A stretch of DNA of 64,000 nucleotides, taken from positions 20,780-84,779 of the forward strand of contig CAYYHM010000001.1 in the NCBI GenBank assembly GCA_964471795.1. Reading direction: 5' to 3'. The DNA is from an uncultured Chitinophagales bacterium (GTDB lineage Bacteria > Bacteroidota > Bacteroidia > Chitinophagales > S012-47). The notes under the pieces were generated by a model. The model made no database searches, was not told where the DNA came from, and was given only the letters and a program-made list of their open reading frames with translations. Position 1 is the first letter of the stretch, and each line of letters opens with the position of its first letter. Positions 1-9,853 of the stretch are shown here, in pieces. A program made the translations under genes and the position numbers.

Positions 1-984
1 ATCACGGTTGGCCAGTGCCACTACGGAGAATGCCTCATTCACTTCAAATGCGTCCATATCAGAAATGCTCAGGCCTGCTTTGTCTAATGCCTTTGGCATG
101 GCCTTGGCCGGCGTAGTGGTAAACCACTCAGGTGCCTGTGCCGCATCGGCAAAGCTGCAGATCTTGGCCAGGGGTTGTATGCCCATGGCTTCAGCACGCT
201 CCTTACTCATCAGTACAACGGCTGCTGCACCATCGTTGATGTTGGAAGCATTGGCGGCGGTAATGGTGCCATCTTTCTGGAATACGGGTCGAAGGGTAGG
301 GATCTTGGAAAAATCCACCTTACGGATGTCTTCATCTTCTGTCATCAGCACAGGATCACCTTTTCGCTGAGGAATAGCCACGGGTGCGATCTCATTGGCC
401 AACCAACCATTATCGGTGGCAGCGGTGGCACGTTTGTAGCTCTCGATGGCATATTCGTCCTGCGCCTCACGGGTGTAGTGGCACACTGTGGCGCACAACT
501 CACCTGCATTGCCCATATGGTAGTCCTTGTAAGGATCCCAGAGGCCATCACGGATGATGGAGTCGATGGTCTTGCCATGCCCGAGACGGGCACCCCACCG
601 TGCATTGTCGAGGTAGAAGGGCGCATTGCTCATGCTTTCCATACCGCCGGCAACTACAACATCATTGTCGCCCAGTAGGATAGACTGTGCCCCCAGCATG
701 ATGGCCTTCATGCCTGACGCGCATACTTTGTTGATGGTGGTACAAGGTACGGTATTGGGGAGGCCTGCACCCAATGCTGCCTGGCGGGCAGGGGCCTGTC
801 CCTCATTGGCGGTCAATACATTACCCATGTACACTTCCTGTACATCTCCGGGCTGTATGCCGGCGCGCTCTACAGCAGCTTTGATTACATGACTGCCCAA
901 TTGTGGGGCGGTAAAGCCTGCCAGCGTGCCTCCGAAACTGCCGATGGGTGTGCGGGCAACGGCTACAATGTATACTTCTTTCAT
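1..984 (-). CDS. acetyl-CoA C-acetyltransferase (thiolase), first 328 codons; C-terminus lies beyond the window start
   Basis: Absent from the ORF track because no stop lies inside the window. Reverse complement of 901-984 reads MKEVYIVAVARTPIGSFGGTLAGFTAPQL. Codon 88 (721-723) sits in TTINKVCASGMKAIMLGAQSI, the thiolase active-site Cys motif. Reverse complement of 1-60 reads DMDAFEVNEAFSVVALANRD in the same frame. Confidence 0.93.
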   Translation of the reverse strand, partial: MKEVYIVAVARTPIGSFGGTLAGFTAPQLGSHVIKAAVERAGIQPGDVQEVYMGNVLTANEGQAPARQAALGAGLPNTVPCTTINKVCASGMKAIMLGAQSILLGDNDVVVAGGMESMSNAPFYLDNARWGARLGHGKTIDSIIRDGLWDPYKDYHMGNAGELCATVCHYTREAQDEYAIESYKRATAATDNGWLANEIAPVAIPQRKGDPVLMTEDEDIRKVDFSKIPTLRPVFQKDGTITAANASNINDGAAAVVLMSKERAEAMGIQPLAKICSFADAAQAPEWFTTTPAKAMPKALDKAGLSISDMDAFEVNEAFSVVALANRD

Positions 985-1102
985 AGGAAAACGTTTTGTC
1001 TGTGATAGGGTGGTCTGGCAGGTAACTAAAGGTGCCACAAAGTTAATTAGTTATCTTTAGCACGCTCTACAATCAGACAAATTAGGCCTGTCGACTTATC
1101 CT

Positions 1103-3175
1103 ATGAACAACGTGTGGGTTTATCTACGACAACATCATCAGGACATCTTTCGTATCCTACTTATCCTGATTGCTATCCTGTTGATTACGGACAGGTTTCC
1201 CCAGCACGGCACTTTCAAGTACGATTTTGAAGTAGGCAAGCCCTGGCCCTATGAGGACCTGATTGCCCCGACCAGCTTTCCCATTCTGAAAGCAGCCGAA
1301 GAGATGGCGGAAGAGGAAGCGCAGATTACCATCGCATCGCCCATCTATTTTCAGGTGAACGAAGGGGTAATGCCGGCATCGGCAGCATGCTTCAGTCAAT
1401 CCTTACAGCAAAGAATCGCTGCCGACCCTGATACGACAATCCGCCAAAAAGCGGGTGACGACTCCAGTCAATGGCTGCTGGTGGGGCGGCAATTGTTGCA
1501 GCAGTTGTACACGGAAGGTGTAGTTCCATCCATCTCCGATCTGCCCGGCAGCCAACCTGCGGGGATCATCAACGGGAATGTGGTACGCTCAGTTCCGGGT
1601 GCCGCAATCAGGGCCGTACCTCAGGCACAGCAGGAGTTAACGAAGCTGCTGGACTCTACAACCTTTTCTCCACAGGTACAGGCCATCTTGGCACAGTCCT
1701 TACAGCAATGTCTGCAGGCGAACCTCACCGTAGACAGTGCTACCTCCCAACAGTTGCTCGACGATGCCTTGTCGCAGGTTGCCCGCTACAGGGGGGCTAT
1801 CCAGAAGGATGAGTCCATCATACGGTATGGAGAAATCATCACAGGCGACAAGTACCAGAAGCTGTTGTCGTTCAGGGAGTTTTCGGAAGGGCAATACGGC
1901 ACTCGCAACCGATGGCTGGTAATGGGTGGCTACTTTATCCTTACATCGCTGCTGCTGACCATCTTCAGTTTCTTTGTGTGGCGGTTTGCTCCGGCAGTCT
2001 TTGTCAGCACGCGGAAGCTACTCTTCATCTTGTTTTTGATGGTGGGCATGTTGTACCTGGTCAGTTGGGCTGTGAAGGCTGACATTGACAGCTACTACGG
2101 CATACCCTTCTGTATCGTACCGGTGGTGTTGCGTACATTCTTCGGCACCCGACTTTCCCTGTATGCCCACATGGTAGTAGTGCTGCTGGCCGGGTTCTTT
2201 GTGCCATTGGGTATTGAGTATACCACGCTGAATCTGGTAGCCGGCATGGTGGCCATCTTCACCAACATAAAAGTTCATTACTGGTCGCAGTTCTTTATCT
2301 CCATCGGCTTTATCTTCCTGACCTATAGCACCGGATTTCTGGGTATTGCGCTGGTGCAGGAGGGGAGTCTAATGAGCCTCAATTGGGTGGATTTCGGTTG
2401 GCTGTCCATCAATGTGTTCCTTACGCTGTTGGCCTATCCGCTGATACCCATCTTTGAGAAATTGTTTGGGTATGTGTCGGATATCACGCTGATGGAACTG
2501 GGCGACCTGAACAAACCCCTGTTGAAGGAGTTGCAAATCAAGGCCCCGGGAACCTTCCAGCATTCGCTGCAGGTGGCCAATCTGGCTGAAGCAGCAGCCA
2601 GTGAAATCGGGGCCAACAGCTTGCTGGTAAAGGTGGGTAGCCTGTACCACGACGTAGGGAAGATGGAGAATCCTGTCTATTTCATCGAGAACCAGAGCAC
2701 ACGATACAACCCCCATGATGAGTTGCCTTTTGATGAAAGTGCCAAGGTCATCATCAACCATGTGTCCAAAGGCATCGATATGGCCAAGCAGGCTAAGCTG
2801 CCCGATATCCTCATCGACTTCATCCGTACCCACCACGGTACATTGCGGGTAGAGTATTTCTACCGCAATTACATTAAGAACTTTCCGCAGGAAGAAGTGG
2901 ATGAGTCGGTGTTCCGGTATCCGGGGCCGTTGCCCTACTCCCGCGAAACAGCTATCGTGATGATGGCCGATACCGTGGAGGCCGCTGCCAGGAGTTTGAA
3001 GCAGCCCTCCCGAGATAGTCTTGATCAGCTGGTGGAGACCCTGATCAACAGCAAGATTGAGCAGCAGCAGTTTGTGAATTCAAACATCACCTTCAAGGAG
3101 ATTACTACCATCAAGAAGGTGTTCAAGAAGATGCTGTATAGCATTTACCATGTGCGGATTGAGTATCCTGAGTGA
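1103..3175 (+). CDS. 7TM receptor with intracellular HD/HDIG phosphohydrolase domain (PgpH-like)
   Basis: 690-aa ORF with an N-terminal TM segment, an extracytoplasmic region and a multi-TM block. The C-terminus carries HD-domain motifs (FQHSLQVANL, LYHDVGK, FIRTHHGT). Confidence 0.85.
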   Translation: MNNVWVYLRQHHQDIFRILLILIAILLITDRFPQHGTFKYDFEVGKPWPYEDLIAPTSFPILKAAEEMAEEEAQITIASPIYFQVNEGVMPASAACFSQSLQQRIAADPDTTIRQKAGDDSSQWLLVGRQLLQQLYTEGVVPSISDLPGSQPAGIINGNVVRSVPGAAIRAVPQAQQELTKLLDSTTFSPQVQAILAQSLQQCLQANLTVDSATSQQLLDDALSQVARYRGAIQKDESIIRYGEIITGDKYQKLLSFREFSEGQYGTRNRWLVMGGYFILTSLLLTIFSFFVWRFAPAVFVSTRKLLFILFLMVGMLYLVSWAVKADIDSYYGIPFCIVPVVLRTFFGTRLSLYAHMVVVLLAGFFVPLGIEYTTLNLVAGMVAIFTNIKVHYWSQFFISIGFIFLTYSTGFLGIALVQEGSLMSLNWVDFGWLSINVFLTLLAYPLIPIFEKLFGYVSDITLMELGDLNKPLLKELQIKAPGTFQHSLQVANLAEAAASEIGANSLLVKVGSLYHDVGKMENPVYFIENQSTRYNPHDELPFDESAKVIINHVSKGIDMAKQAKLPDILIDFIRTHHGTLRVEYFYRNYIKNFPQEEVDESVFRYPGPLPYSRETAIVMMADTVEAAARSLKQPSRDSLDQLVETLINSKIEQQQFVNSNITFKEITTIKKVFKKMLYSIYHVRIEYPE

Positions 3176-3257
3176 TGGAAGTGACTGTGAGGGATATACC
3201 ATGACGGATCATCCCGCTACCCATAATCCGGGCGTAAGCGCATCTACCACGGAACAT

Positions 3258-3287
3258 AAAAAAGCGACACCCGTTGCCGGATGTCGC
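3258..3287 (-). terminator. rho-independent terminator downstream of the DUF4476 gene
   Basis: On the minus strand the sequence reads GCGACAtCCGgcaaCGGgTGTCGC followed by TTTTTT (the plus-strand A-run at 3258-3263). It lies 19 nt after the stop at 3306. Confidence 0.5.
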
Positions 3288-3305
3288 CAGGTGTAGCTAG
3301 GTTGG

Positions 3306-4079
3306 TTATCTTCTGCCACGGTCGATAAACCGCCTGAAGTCATGGACGCTGCTGGAAAATTCGAAGGCGTCATAAATGCGGAAGATGTTTTCCGGGTCTG
3401 TAACGTATGGGTAGGCCCATTTGGCAAACCGGAGGCGTGTGCTTTCGAAGCTGAACTCCTCCAGGATCTCCCGCAATTGCCTGCTGTTGATGTTATGATG
3501 GCTTACAGCAGTCTGCGCAATATCTTCCTTGCCGCTGTCGAATCCGTTGCGCTGCATGGCGCGGCGCAGGTCGGGCAGGTCCAGGGTGTTTTGTGAATAG
3601 TATCCGCCCTGCCAAGGGTCGGGGTTCCATCCATAGCCTGTCTGCCCATACCCTGCTGACTGCTGGTGACCGCAATGCTGACTGTGTGCAGTGCATGATC
3701 CGCAGCTTGTCTGACCATATCCATTCCATCCCCGGCTGTACCGTTGTCTGTCGATTTGTATCTGTCCGTTGCGGCCGATGACTACAGAAAGCTGTTCGTT
3801 GCCGTATACCTGAATGGTGCCGTGATACAGCAGGCGGTTGGCTTGTCTGCCTCCACGCCATTCTGGTACAAATACACGTACCTGCCTGTTGCCGGGAAAT
3901 ACATCGTGGATAATCACCGATGCATCGGGTCTGTGGTTCATCGTGTATCCGTCCATCTGCACCACGATAGGCGTTCTGTCGAACGTACGGATCTCCATAG
4001 CTGCCTGATTGCCGCCCCGGGCGAGTGCCAACAGAGGTGCCAGCATCAGGACTGTCCAAATTGTTGCTTGCCGTTTCAT
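3306..4079 (-). CDS. secreted DUF4476-like protein
   Basis: The ORF track gives 3306-4109. I prefer the ATG at 4079 (MKRQATIWTVLMLAPLLALA signal peptide) because AAGGAGGTG lies 4 nt upstream of it. The C-terminal segment (FSFESTRLRFAKWAYPYVTDPENIFRIYDAFEFSSS) matches my memory of DUF4476. Confidence 0.7.
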   Translation of the reverse strand: MKRQATIWTVLMLAPLLALARGGNQAAMEIRTFDRTPIVVQMDGYTMNHRPDASVIIHDVFPGNRQVRVFVPEWRGGRQANRLLYHGTIQVYGNEQLSVVIGRNGQIQIDRQRYSRGWNGYGQTSCGSCTAHSQHCGHQQSAGYGQTGYGWNPDPWQGGYYSQNTLDLPDLRRAMQRNGFDSGKEDIAQTAVSHHNINSRQLREILEEFSFESTRLRFAKWAYPYVTDPENIFRIYDAFEFSSSVHDFRRFIDRGRR

Positions 4080-4082
4080 AAG

Positions 4083-4091
4083 CACCTCCTT
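4083..4091 (-). promoter_or_regulatory. Shine-Dalgarno-like motif AAGGAGGTG upstream of the DUF4476 gene
   Basis: The minus strand reads aAAGGAGGTGcttATG, with the ATG at 4079. Confidence 0.5.
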
Positions 4092-4197
4092 TTTCCGATG
4101 GTAAGCCAACTATTGTGCCAAACTTTTCATGTGGAATTGAAGCGCAGGCATTTGCTGCCACAGAATAGCCCCTTTCCTGTAACTTAGCGTGTCCGTC

Positions 4198-6177
4198 ATG
4201 ATTCCACAGCATGTAAAAGATCAAATCATCGCTACTGCCTCGGTTGAGGAGGTGGTGGGGGATTATGTGGCCCTCAAGCGGCGTGGCTCCAACCTCATCG
4301 GGCTGTGCCCCTTCCATCAGGAAAAAACACCTTCGTTCACCGTGTCGCCGGCTAAGGGGTTCTTCAAATGTTTTGGTTGCGGTGAAAGTGGCGACTCCGT
4401 AAGCTTTGTGATGAAGCACGATCATCTGTCCTTTCCGGAAGCGTTGCGTGCTTTGGCGAGGCGCTACAACATTGAAGTGCCCGAAGAGGAGTTGACCCCC
4501 GAACAATTGCTGGTTGCCGATGAAAAAGAGGCGTTGTTCGTCGTGATGCAGTGGGCACAGCGGTGGTTCACCGAAAAACTCGACACTGACGAGGGGAAGA
4601 GCATTGCCGTTGCCTACTTCAAGGAGCGCGGCTTTCGGCAAGAGACCATCGAACAGTTTCAGTTGGGATATGCGCCCCCCGGCTGGGAGGCCATGCTGTT
4701 GGCGGCCCATGCGGCAGGCTATCCACAAGAGCGATTGAAGGAGGTAGGTCTGGTCGGCGAAAAGGATGGCCGGCACTTCGACTTCTTCCGTGATCGGGTG
4801 ATTTTTCCGATTCACAACATCTCGGGTAAGGTGATTGCCTTTGCCGGTCGCACGCTGAAATCGGATAAAAAGCAGCCCAAATACATCAACTCACCCGAAA
4901 CAGCCATCTACAACAAGAGCGATGTGCTGTATGGGCTGCACATTGCCCGGCAGGCCATTCGGCAGGAAGACAACTGCCTGCTGGTAGAGGGCTACACGGA
5001 CGTGATTTCGTTGGTGCAGGGTGGTGTGGTAAACGTGGTGGCTTCATCAGGTACGGCCCTCACACAAGGACAGATCAGGGCAATCAGGCGGTATACGCAG
5101 CGGATCACCCTGTTGTATGATGGTGACTCTGCCGGCATCAGAGCCGCCATGCGGGGTGTGGATTTGATTCTGGAAGAAGGGATGCAGGTAAAAGTGGCTG
5201 TACTGCCGGAAGGAGAGGATCCCGACTCGTTCATGAAAAAGAACGGCGCTGCCACCTTTCGCAGCTATCTGGAAAAAGAATCCCGTGATTTCATCTTCTT
5301 CAAGATGCAGTTGCTGTTGGAAGACCATCAACACGATCCGTTCCGGCGTGCTGAGGCCATACGGGAGCTGGTGCAGACCATAGCGCTGATACCCGATGCC
5401 ATGGTGCGGCAGGACTATGTGGCACGGCTGGCCGAAACCACCAAGACGTTGGAGTCTACCTTGCTGAATGAACTCAACAAGATGCTGATTCAGCGCAAGA
5501 AGAAGGCTGCCAAGGAGATGGGAGTAGCCATGCCGCCGCCGGAAGTGGAAGCACTGGTGCAGCAGGCCGATGCAGGCTATGAAGATGAAACGGAGGAGTT
5601 GCGGTCGCACACCGATATGCAGGAGCGTGACCTCATCCGAATCCTGTTGCAACATGCCGGTCACATGATGAAAGTGCCGGTGCAGCAACCGGACGCTACA
5701 CAGGAGGAGGAGTCTGTGCTGGATTTCATCCTCAACGAGATGGACACATTCGAACAACGAATGGGTGTAGACCTCACTTTCCATCACCCGATGTGTGGCC
5801 GGATCTTCCAGATGTACCGGCAGGCCATTGAAGAGGATGGTCGAATTTTGGATTCGTCCCATTTTATCCACCACGAAGAGGAGTCGGTGCAGCAGTATGC
5901 CATCGATGTGCTCACCGCCAAGTATGCACTATCAGAAAACTGGGAGCAGCGGCATCAAATCATTCTCGACAAGGTAAACATCGACCATGATGTGCGGTCT
6001 GCCTTCTTCCACTTTGTGATACGTAGGGTTAGGATGGCACGTGATGCCAACCGACAGGAGATGCGTAGAGCGGGGCTGCCCTATGAGGAAGAGCGGGCTT
6101 TGCAACAACGGGAAATGACACTGATGAAGGTGGAGTTCGAATTGGCGAAGGCGCTAAAGATCGTTGTGATGCGGTAG
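4198..6177 (+). CDS. dnaG: DNA primase
   Basis: CHC2 zinc finger (CPFHQEKTPSFTVSPAKGFFKCFGCGESGD) and TOPRIM (LVEGYTDVISL, LLYDGDSAG). The track starts at GTG 4189. The ATG at 4198 gives the typical MIPQ... N-terminus. Confidence 0.95.
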   Translation: MIPQHVKDQIIATASVEEVVGDYVALKRRGSNLIGLCPFHQEKTPSFTVSPAKGFFKCFGCGESGDSVSFVMKHDHLSFPEALRALARRYNIEVPEEELTPEQLLVADEKEALFVVMQWAQRWFTEKLDTDEGKSIAVAYFKERGFRQETIEQFQLGYAPPGWEAMLLAAHAAGYPQERLKEVGLVGEKDGRHFDFFRDRVIFPIHNISGKVIAFAGRTLKSDKKQPKYINSPETAIYNKSDVLYGLHIARQAIRQEDNCLLVEGYTDVISLVQGGVVNVVASSGTALTQGQIRAIRRYTQRITLLYDGDSAGIRAAMRGVDLILEEGMQVKVAVLPEGEDPDSFMKKNGAATFRSYLEKESRDFIFFKMQLLLEDHQHDPFRRAEAIRELVQTIALIPDAMVRQDYVARLAETTKTLESTLLNELNKMLIQRKKKAAKEMGVAMPPPEVEALVQQADAGYEDETEELRSHTDMQERDLIRILLQHAGHMMKVPVQQPDATQEEESVLDFILNEMDTFEQRMGVDLTFHHPMCGRIFQMYRQAIEEDGRILDSSHFIHHEEESVQQYAIDVLTAKYALSENWEQRHQIILDKVNIDHDVRSAFFHFVIRRVRMARDANRQEMRRAGLPYEEERALQQREMTLMKVEFELAKALKIVVMR

Positions 6178-6822
6178 GGGAACCCGTCCGGCTGTGTAGG
6201 CGATCATGTATTTATCCAGTTTCTTCACGTGAACCGTGTAGGGTTGGGACAGGCCACTTTTCAATATGTGTCCAATAAACAGTGTCTTGTCGGCCGTAGC
6301 CTCTGTCAGCAATTCCTTCCGGAAGTCCACAAGTCCCCTGCCATACAACTTGAACAGCGCTTCCTTTACGCACCAACGGGCAATGAGGTCTTCAACCAGT
6401 GTCGGGCTTTCCATGTCGATTGTTGCCAGTTCTTCGGGTGACAGAAACCGCTCTTTTACCTTCAGTACTTTGGGGTGAATCAACTCCAGGTCGATGCCGA
6501 CCTCCAGGGTGCTACTTATCATTACAGCAGCCATCTGGTTGGAATGGGAGATGGATACCTCGTGGGGGAAATTGATGAGCCTGGGTTTGGTGTTGGCATG
6601 GTTCTCCAGCTCGATGAAGGAATCTGTTTGGAGCATCCACCGCAACAAAACACGGCTTCCGAGCCAGTGCAGGTATCGCTTGTCGTGGGTGATGGTTTGC
6701 AGCCAGGTCTTCTCGGCGTCATTGAGCTGTAGCCGCTCGGTGAGGGTGTTTTCTGATTCGGTGATGTGCCATACCCCGATTTCGGTGTCACCTTCCAACG
6801 TTTCGTGCAATACCAATGGCAT
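6154..6822 (-). CDS. 4'-phosphopantetheinyl transferase (Sfp type)
   Basis: Motifs VGIDLE and WCVKEALFKLYG (W/F-x-x-KE-A/S-x-x-K) in a protein of about 220 aa. The 3' end overlaps the dnaG 3' end by 24 nt (convergent). Confidence 0.8.
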   Translation of the reverse strand: MPLVLHETLEGDTEIGVWHITESENTLTERLQLNDAEKTWLQTITHDKRYLHWLGSRVLLRWMLQTDSFIELENHANTKPRLINFPHEVSISHSNQMAAVMISSTLEVGIDLELIHPKVLKVKERFLSPEELATIDMESPTLVEDLIARWCVKEALFKLYGRGLVDFRKELLTEATADKTLFIGHILKSGLSQPYTVHVKKLDKYMIAYTAGRVPLPHHNDL

Positions 6823-6881
6823 AGTGTGATGATTTGGGTGGGGGAGTGGTGTTGGTTAATTTCGATGTCAATTTACGAAAT

Positions 6882-7802
6882 ATGCCTACCCTCGCCATTC
6901 ACAAGCGCCATCATTTTACCGGACATCGTAGTGCGGTATATGCGTTGGCATCAGGAACGCATGCCGCAGAGGTGCTGTCGTGCGGTGGGGACGGACTGGT
7001 GGCGGCCTGGGATGTGCGTTCGGGCGGAGACGCTCGTTTGGTAGCTACGGTGCCAACGCAGGTGTTTTCCTTGCTGCATTTGGAGGGCTATGGCCTGTTG
7101 GCTGCCGGGCAGATGCATGGTGGTATCCATATTGTCGACTTGCTGAAAGGTGCAGAAGTGCGTCATCTGTCGCATCATACAGGTAGCGTGTATGCCTTGT
7201 GTTATGATGCCCTTAGGCAGCAGCTGTGGAGTGGAGGCGGCGATGGTGCCGTGGCGGTATGGTCGGTGCCCGATTTCCGATTGCTGCATACCATCACCCT
7301 GAGCAAGAACAACATCCGTATACTCCGCCTGGCGCCTGATGGCAATACCGTGCTGGCAGGATGCAGTGGCAACTATGTACATATATTGGATGCTGCCACC
7401 AGCCGGCCGGTACAACAGTGGGAAGCCCATACGGCATCAGTTTTTTCTATCGCACACAACGATACAGGCAACTGGCTGTATACCGGATCCCGGGATGCCT
7501 ATCTCAAAATGTGGGATACCACTAAAAATCATGAACTTTACCACGCTGTTCCGGCCCACCTGTTAACCATCAATGATCTGGTTTACCTGCATGGGATGAA
7601 TCTGCTGGCATCTGCCGGCAGAGACAAACATGTAAAAGTGTGGGATCCCGCACAGCTAGCCCTGCTCAAAGTAATAGACCATGAACGGTTGCAGGGTCAT
7701 ACACATTCAGTCAACAGGCTATGGTGGATGCCTGATGCGCAATGTCTGGTCTCTGCAAGTGATGACAAGACGGTGCAGGTGTGGGCATTTGATAACGATT
7801 AA
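6882..7802 (+). CDS. WD40-repeat beta-propeller protein
   Basis: Repeated GH...WD-type units (VAAWDV, VAVWSV, LKMWDT, VKVWDP, VQVWAF). The track ORF begins at 6834, but the ATG at 6882 (MPTLAIHKRHHFTGH) is the likelier start. Confidence 0.8.
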   Translation: MPTLAIHKRHHFTGHRSAVYALASGTHAAEVLSCGGDGLVAAWDVRSGGDARLVATVPTQVFSLLHLEGYGLLAAGQMHGGIHIVDLLKGAEVRHLSHHTGSVYALCYDALRQQLWSGGGDGAVAVWSVPDFRLLHTITLSKNNIRILRLAPDGNTVLAGCSGNYVHILDAATSRPVQQWEAHTASVFSIAHNDTGNWLYTGSRDAYLKMWDTTKNHELYHAVPAHLLTINDLVYLHGMNLLASAGRDKHVKVWDPAQLALLKVIDHERLQGHTHSVNRLWWMPDAQCLVSASDDKTVQVWAFDND

Positions 7803-7813
7803 ACAAGCACAAC

Positions 7814-8350
7814 ATGATCCTGACGGATGCACGAATCTTGGAAGAGATTGAAAATGGGAATATCCTGATTGAGCCATTCAAGCGGGAATGTCTGGGGACC
7901 AACAGCTATGATGTCCACCTGGGGCGTTACCTGGCTACCTATCGGAACAGGGTGTTGGATGCCCGTGTCCACAATCAGATCGAAGAGTTCGTGATACCGC
8001 CGGAAGGATTTGTGCTGGAGCCGAACACCTTGTACCTGGGCGTTACGGAGGAATACACTGAAACCCATCGCCACGTTCCATTTTTGGAGGGAAAGAGCAG
8101 TGTGGGAAGACTGGGCATCGACATTCATGCTACTGCCGGCAAGGGAGATGTAGGGTATTGTAACACCTGGACGTTGGAAATCAGCTGTACACAACCGGTA
8201 AGGGTATATGCGGGAATGCCCATCGGGCAGCTCATCTACTTTGTGGTGGATGGTGATGTGGAGCGCCTGTACAACAGCAAGCGTGATGCCAAATACAATC
8301 AGCGCACGGTGAAGCCCATCGAATCGATGATGTGGCGGAATAATTTCTAG
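7814..8350 (+). CDS. dcd: dCTP deaminase
   Basis: 178 aa starting MILTDARILEEIENGNILIEPF, with the typical Dcd length and N-terminus. Confidence 0.92.
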   Translation: MILTDARILEEIENGNILIEPFKRECLGTNSYDVHLGRYLATYRNRVLDARVHNQIEEFVIPPEGFVLEPNTLYLGVTEEYTETHRHVPFLEGKSSVGRLGIDIHATAGKGDVGYCNTWTLEISCTQPVRVYAGMPIGQLIYFVVDGDVERLYNSKRDAKYNQRTVKPIESMMWRNNF

Positions 8351-8366
8351 GACGATAAATTAGGTG

Positions 8367-8404
8367 CTGGGCTGTTAACTTTATTCTTACGGGAAGTTAC
8401 CCAG
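8367..8404. terminator. possible bidirectional hairpin between convergent dcd and tolC-like genes
   Basis: Imperfect stem CTGGG(ctgt)TAACTT ... AAGTTACCCAG. No clean T-run follows, so confidence is low. Confidence 0.3.
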
Positions 8405-8418
8405 CAGATAATCGCATC

Positions 8419-9849
8419 CTACAACTCATTATACGTGCGGTGCAGCGTACCTGCAGACCACCGGAGGCCTGCCTGAGCCTTGCCCTGCTTGGCCTGAAGC
8501 TCTGCCAACTTCAGTGCAGCTTCCACGAATTTCGATTCCCGGCTGTTGACTAGAAAAAGTGAGCTTTCGCCTAAGAAGAACAACCTGCGCTCTGCATCCA
8601 GCATGATTTGATAGTTGGAAACCGCATCGGTATACAAATCCAGCTGACGATACAGGTTGTCCAGGTCGTTGTAGTAGGCTTGCACCTTGTTTTGTATCTC
8701 TAAGCTCTTCTGTGCACGCTCCAATGCCGCCTCCTGTAGCTTGATGTCTGCCAGCTGCAGGGCACCACGTTCCTTGCGCAGGAAAAGAGGCATGGAAAAG
8801 GTAATCCCGTACTTGTAGTTTTCCATGGTATTATTCAGCCACTCATTGGTGGTTACCGTAGTGGTGAGCGCATTGTAGGTGAGATCCAGAGAAGGTTTCA
8901 ATTGTTCCATCTTCCATCGGCGGTCAACTTCCAGCGCTGCAATCTTGAAATCGTACTGTATCAGTTCCGGATGGCTGACAGCCAGCCTACCCAGCACGTT
9001 GGCCAGCGAGTCAAGCGGTGGAAGTGCCTGAGTAGCGGTGTAGTCCTGTGCCACAGGTATAGCCGAGTTGTCCAGTTCCAGTGGGATGAAGTCGTCGAAC
9101 CACAAGAAGGTGCTCAGCATCAACGCCGAGTTGGTCCTGTTCACACGGGCATCATTCAGCAATAGTTGCAGGTTTTGTACTTGTATCCTGGCTTCAACAC
9201 TGTCTATCGCCGGTCGGTCGCCCTGATTGAAACTTTCCTGTACCGCTTGAAATCGGAACTCCGCCAACTCTACTGTCTCTTGCAGGATTTGCTCCTGATA
9301 GTAGGCCGTGTACCAGTCCCAGTATGCTTTTGCTGCTGCCAGCAACAAATCGTTCAAGATGGCTTGCTGCTGTGCCTCGGTAGCTGCGGCCATCAGTTGC
9401 GCCTGCCGCAGCATGTTTCTTCTTTCATCGATAAACAGCCCCTGCCCGATGGGGATGGAGATACCGGCTGCCCACAATCCGGCTTCGGGAACGTTGCGTT
9501 CCGGATTCAGGAACTGGCCGGTTGTGGTTTCATAGCCTACTTTGGCCTCAATGCCGAACCAGGTAGGTACCTTCAGCGCCCCTTCCCCGATGTTCCAGTA
9601 TAGTTTCTCATCGAATTCTTTTCTGGCAACACCGCCTTCCAGTTTGGGATCGAAGGCACCACGTGACTGTAGCAGGGCAGCATCACCCGCCCGCACAGCC
9701 AAAGCGGCTTGTTGCGCCATCGGATGATAGTCCAGCACTACTGCAAACAGATCCTGCAGCGAAAACACTCTACTGGTGTCCTGCGCTACGGCCGGACGAT
9801 GCAGGGCAATCAGGACCAGAATTATACACATGACTATCCGTAGCGGCAT
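8419..9849 (-). CDS. TolC-family outer membrane efflux protein
   Basis: About 476 aa with a signal peptide MPLRIVMCIILVLIALHRPAVAQD and long coiled alpha/beta repeats typical of outer membrane factors. The ATG at 9849 lies 4 nt after the hlyD stop. The track's 9930 start would overlap hlyD. Confidence 0.85.
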   Translation of the reverse strand: MPLRIVMCIILVLIALHRPAVAQDTSRVFSLQDLFAVVLDYHPMAQQAALAVRAGDAALLQSRGAFDPKLEGGVARKEFDEKLYWNIGEGALKVPTWFGIEAKVGYETTTGQFLNPERNVPEAGLWAAGISIPIGQGLFIDERRNMLRQAQLMAAATEAQQQAILNDLLLAAAKAYWDWYTAYYQEQILQETVELAEFRFQAVQESFNQGDRPAIDSVEARIQVQNLQLLLNDARVNRTNSALMLSTFLWFDDFIPLELDNSAIPVAQDYTATQALPPLDSLANVLGRLAVSHPELIQYDFKIAALEVDRRWKMEQLKPSLDLTYNALTTTVTTNEWLNNTMENYKYGITFSMPLFLRKERGALQLADIKLQEAALERAQKSLEIQNKVQAYYNDLDNLYRQLDLYTDAVSNYQIMLDAERRLFFLGESSLFLVNSRESKFVEAALKLAELQAKQGKAQAGLRWSAGTLHRTYNEL

Positions 9850-9853
9850 CGGC

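Noticed and set aside
175-892. Plus-strand ORFs of 88-167 aa at the window start
   Set aside because: They are antisense to the thiolase reading frame, which is verified by its N-terminus, active-site Cys motif and C-proximal NEAF motif.
3493-4815. A 440-aa minus-strand ORF spanning the DUF4476 gene, the divergent intergenic region and the 5' part of dnaG
   Set aside because: It is antisense to the strongly supported dnaG and out of frame over the DUF4476 gene. Its Arg/Pro/Gly/Gln-rich composition is typical of shadow ORFs, and it has no recognisable motifs.
7814-8350. dCTP deaminase as a nucleotide-depletion anti-phage defence gene
   Set aside because: It is a compact 178-aa canonical Dcd with a housekeeping-type N-terminus. 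It has no extra kinase-like or other fused domain and no neighbouring defence genes.
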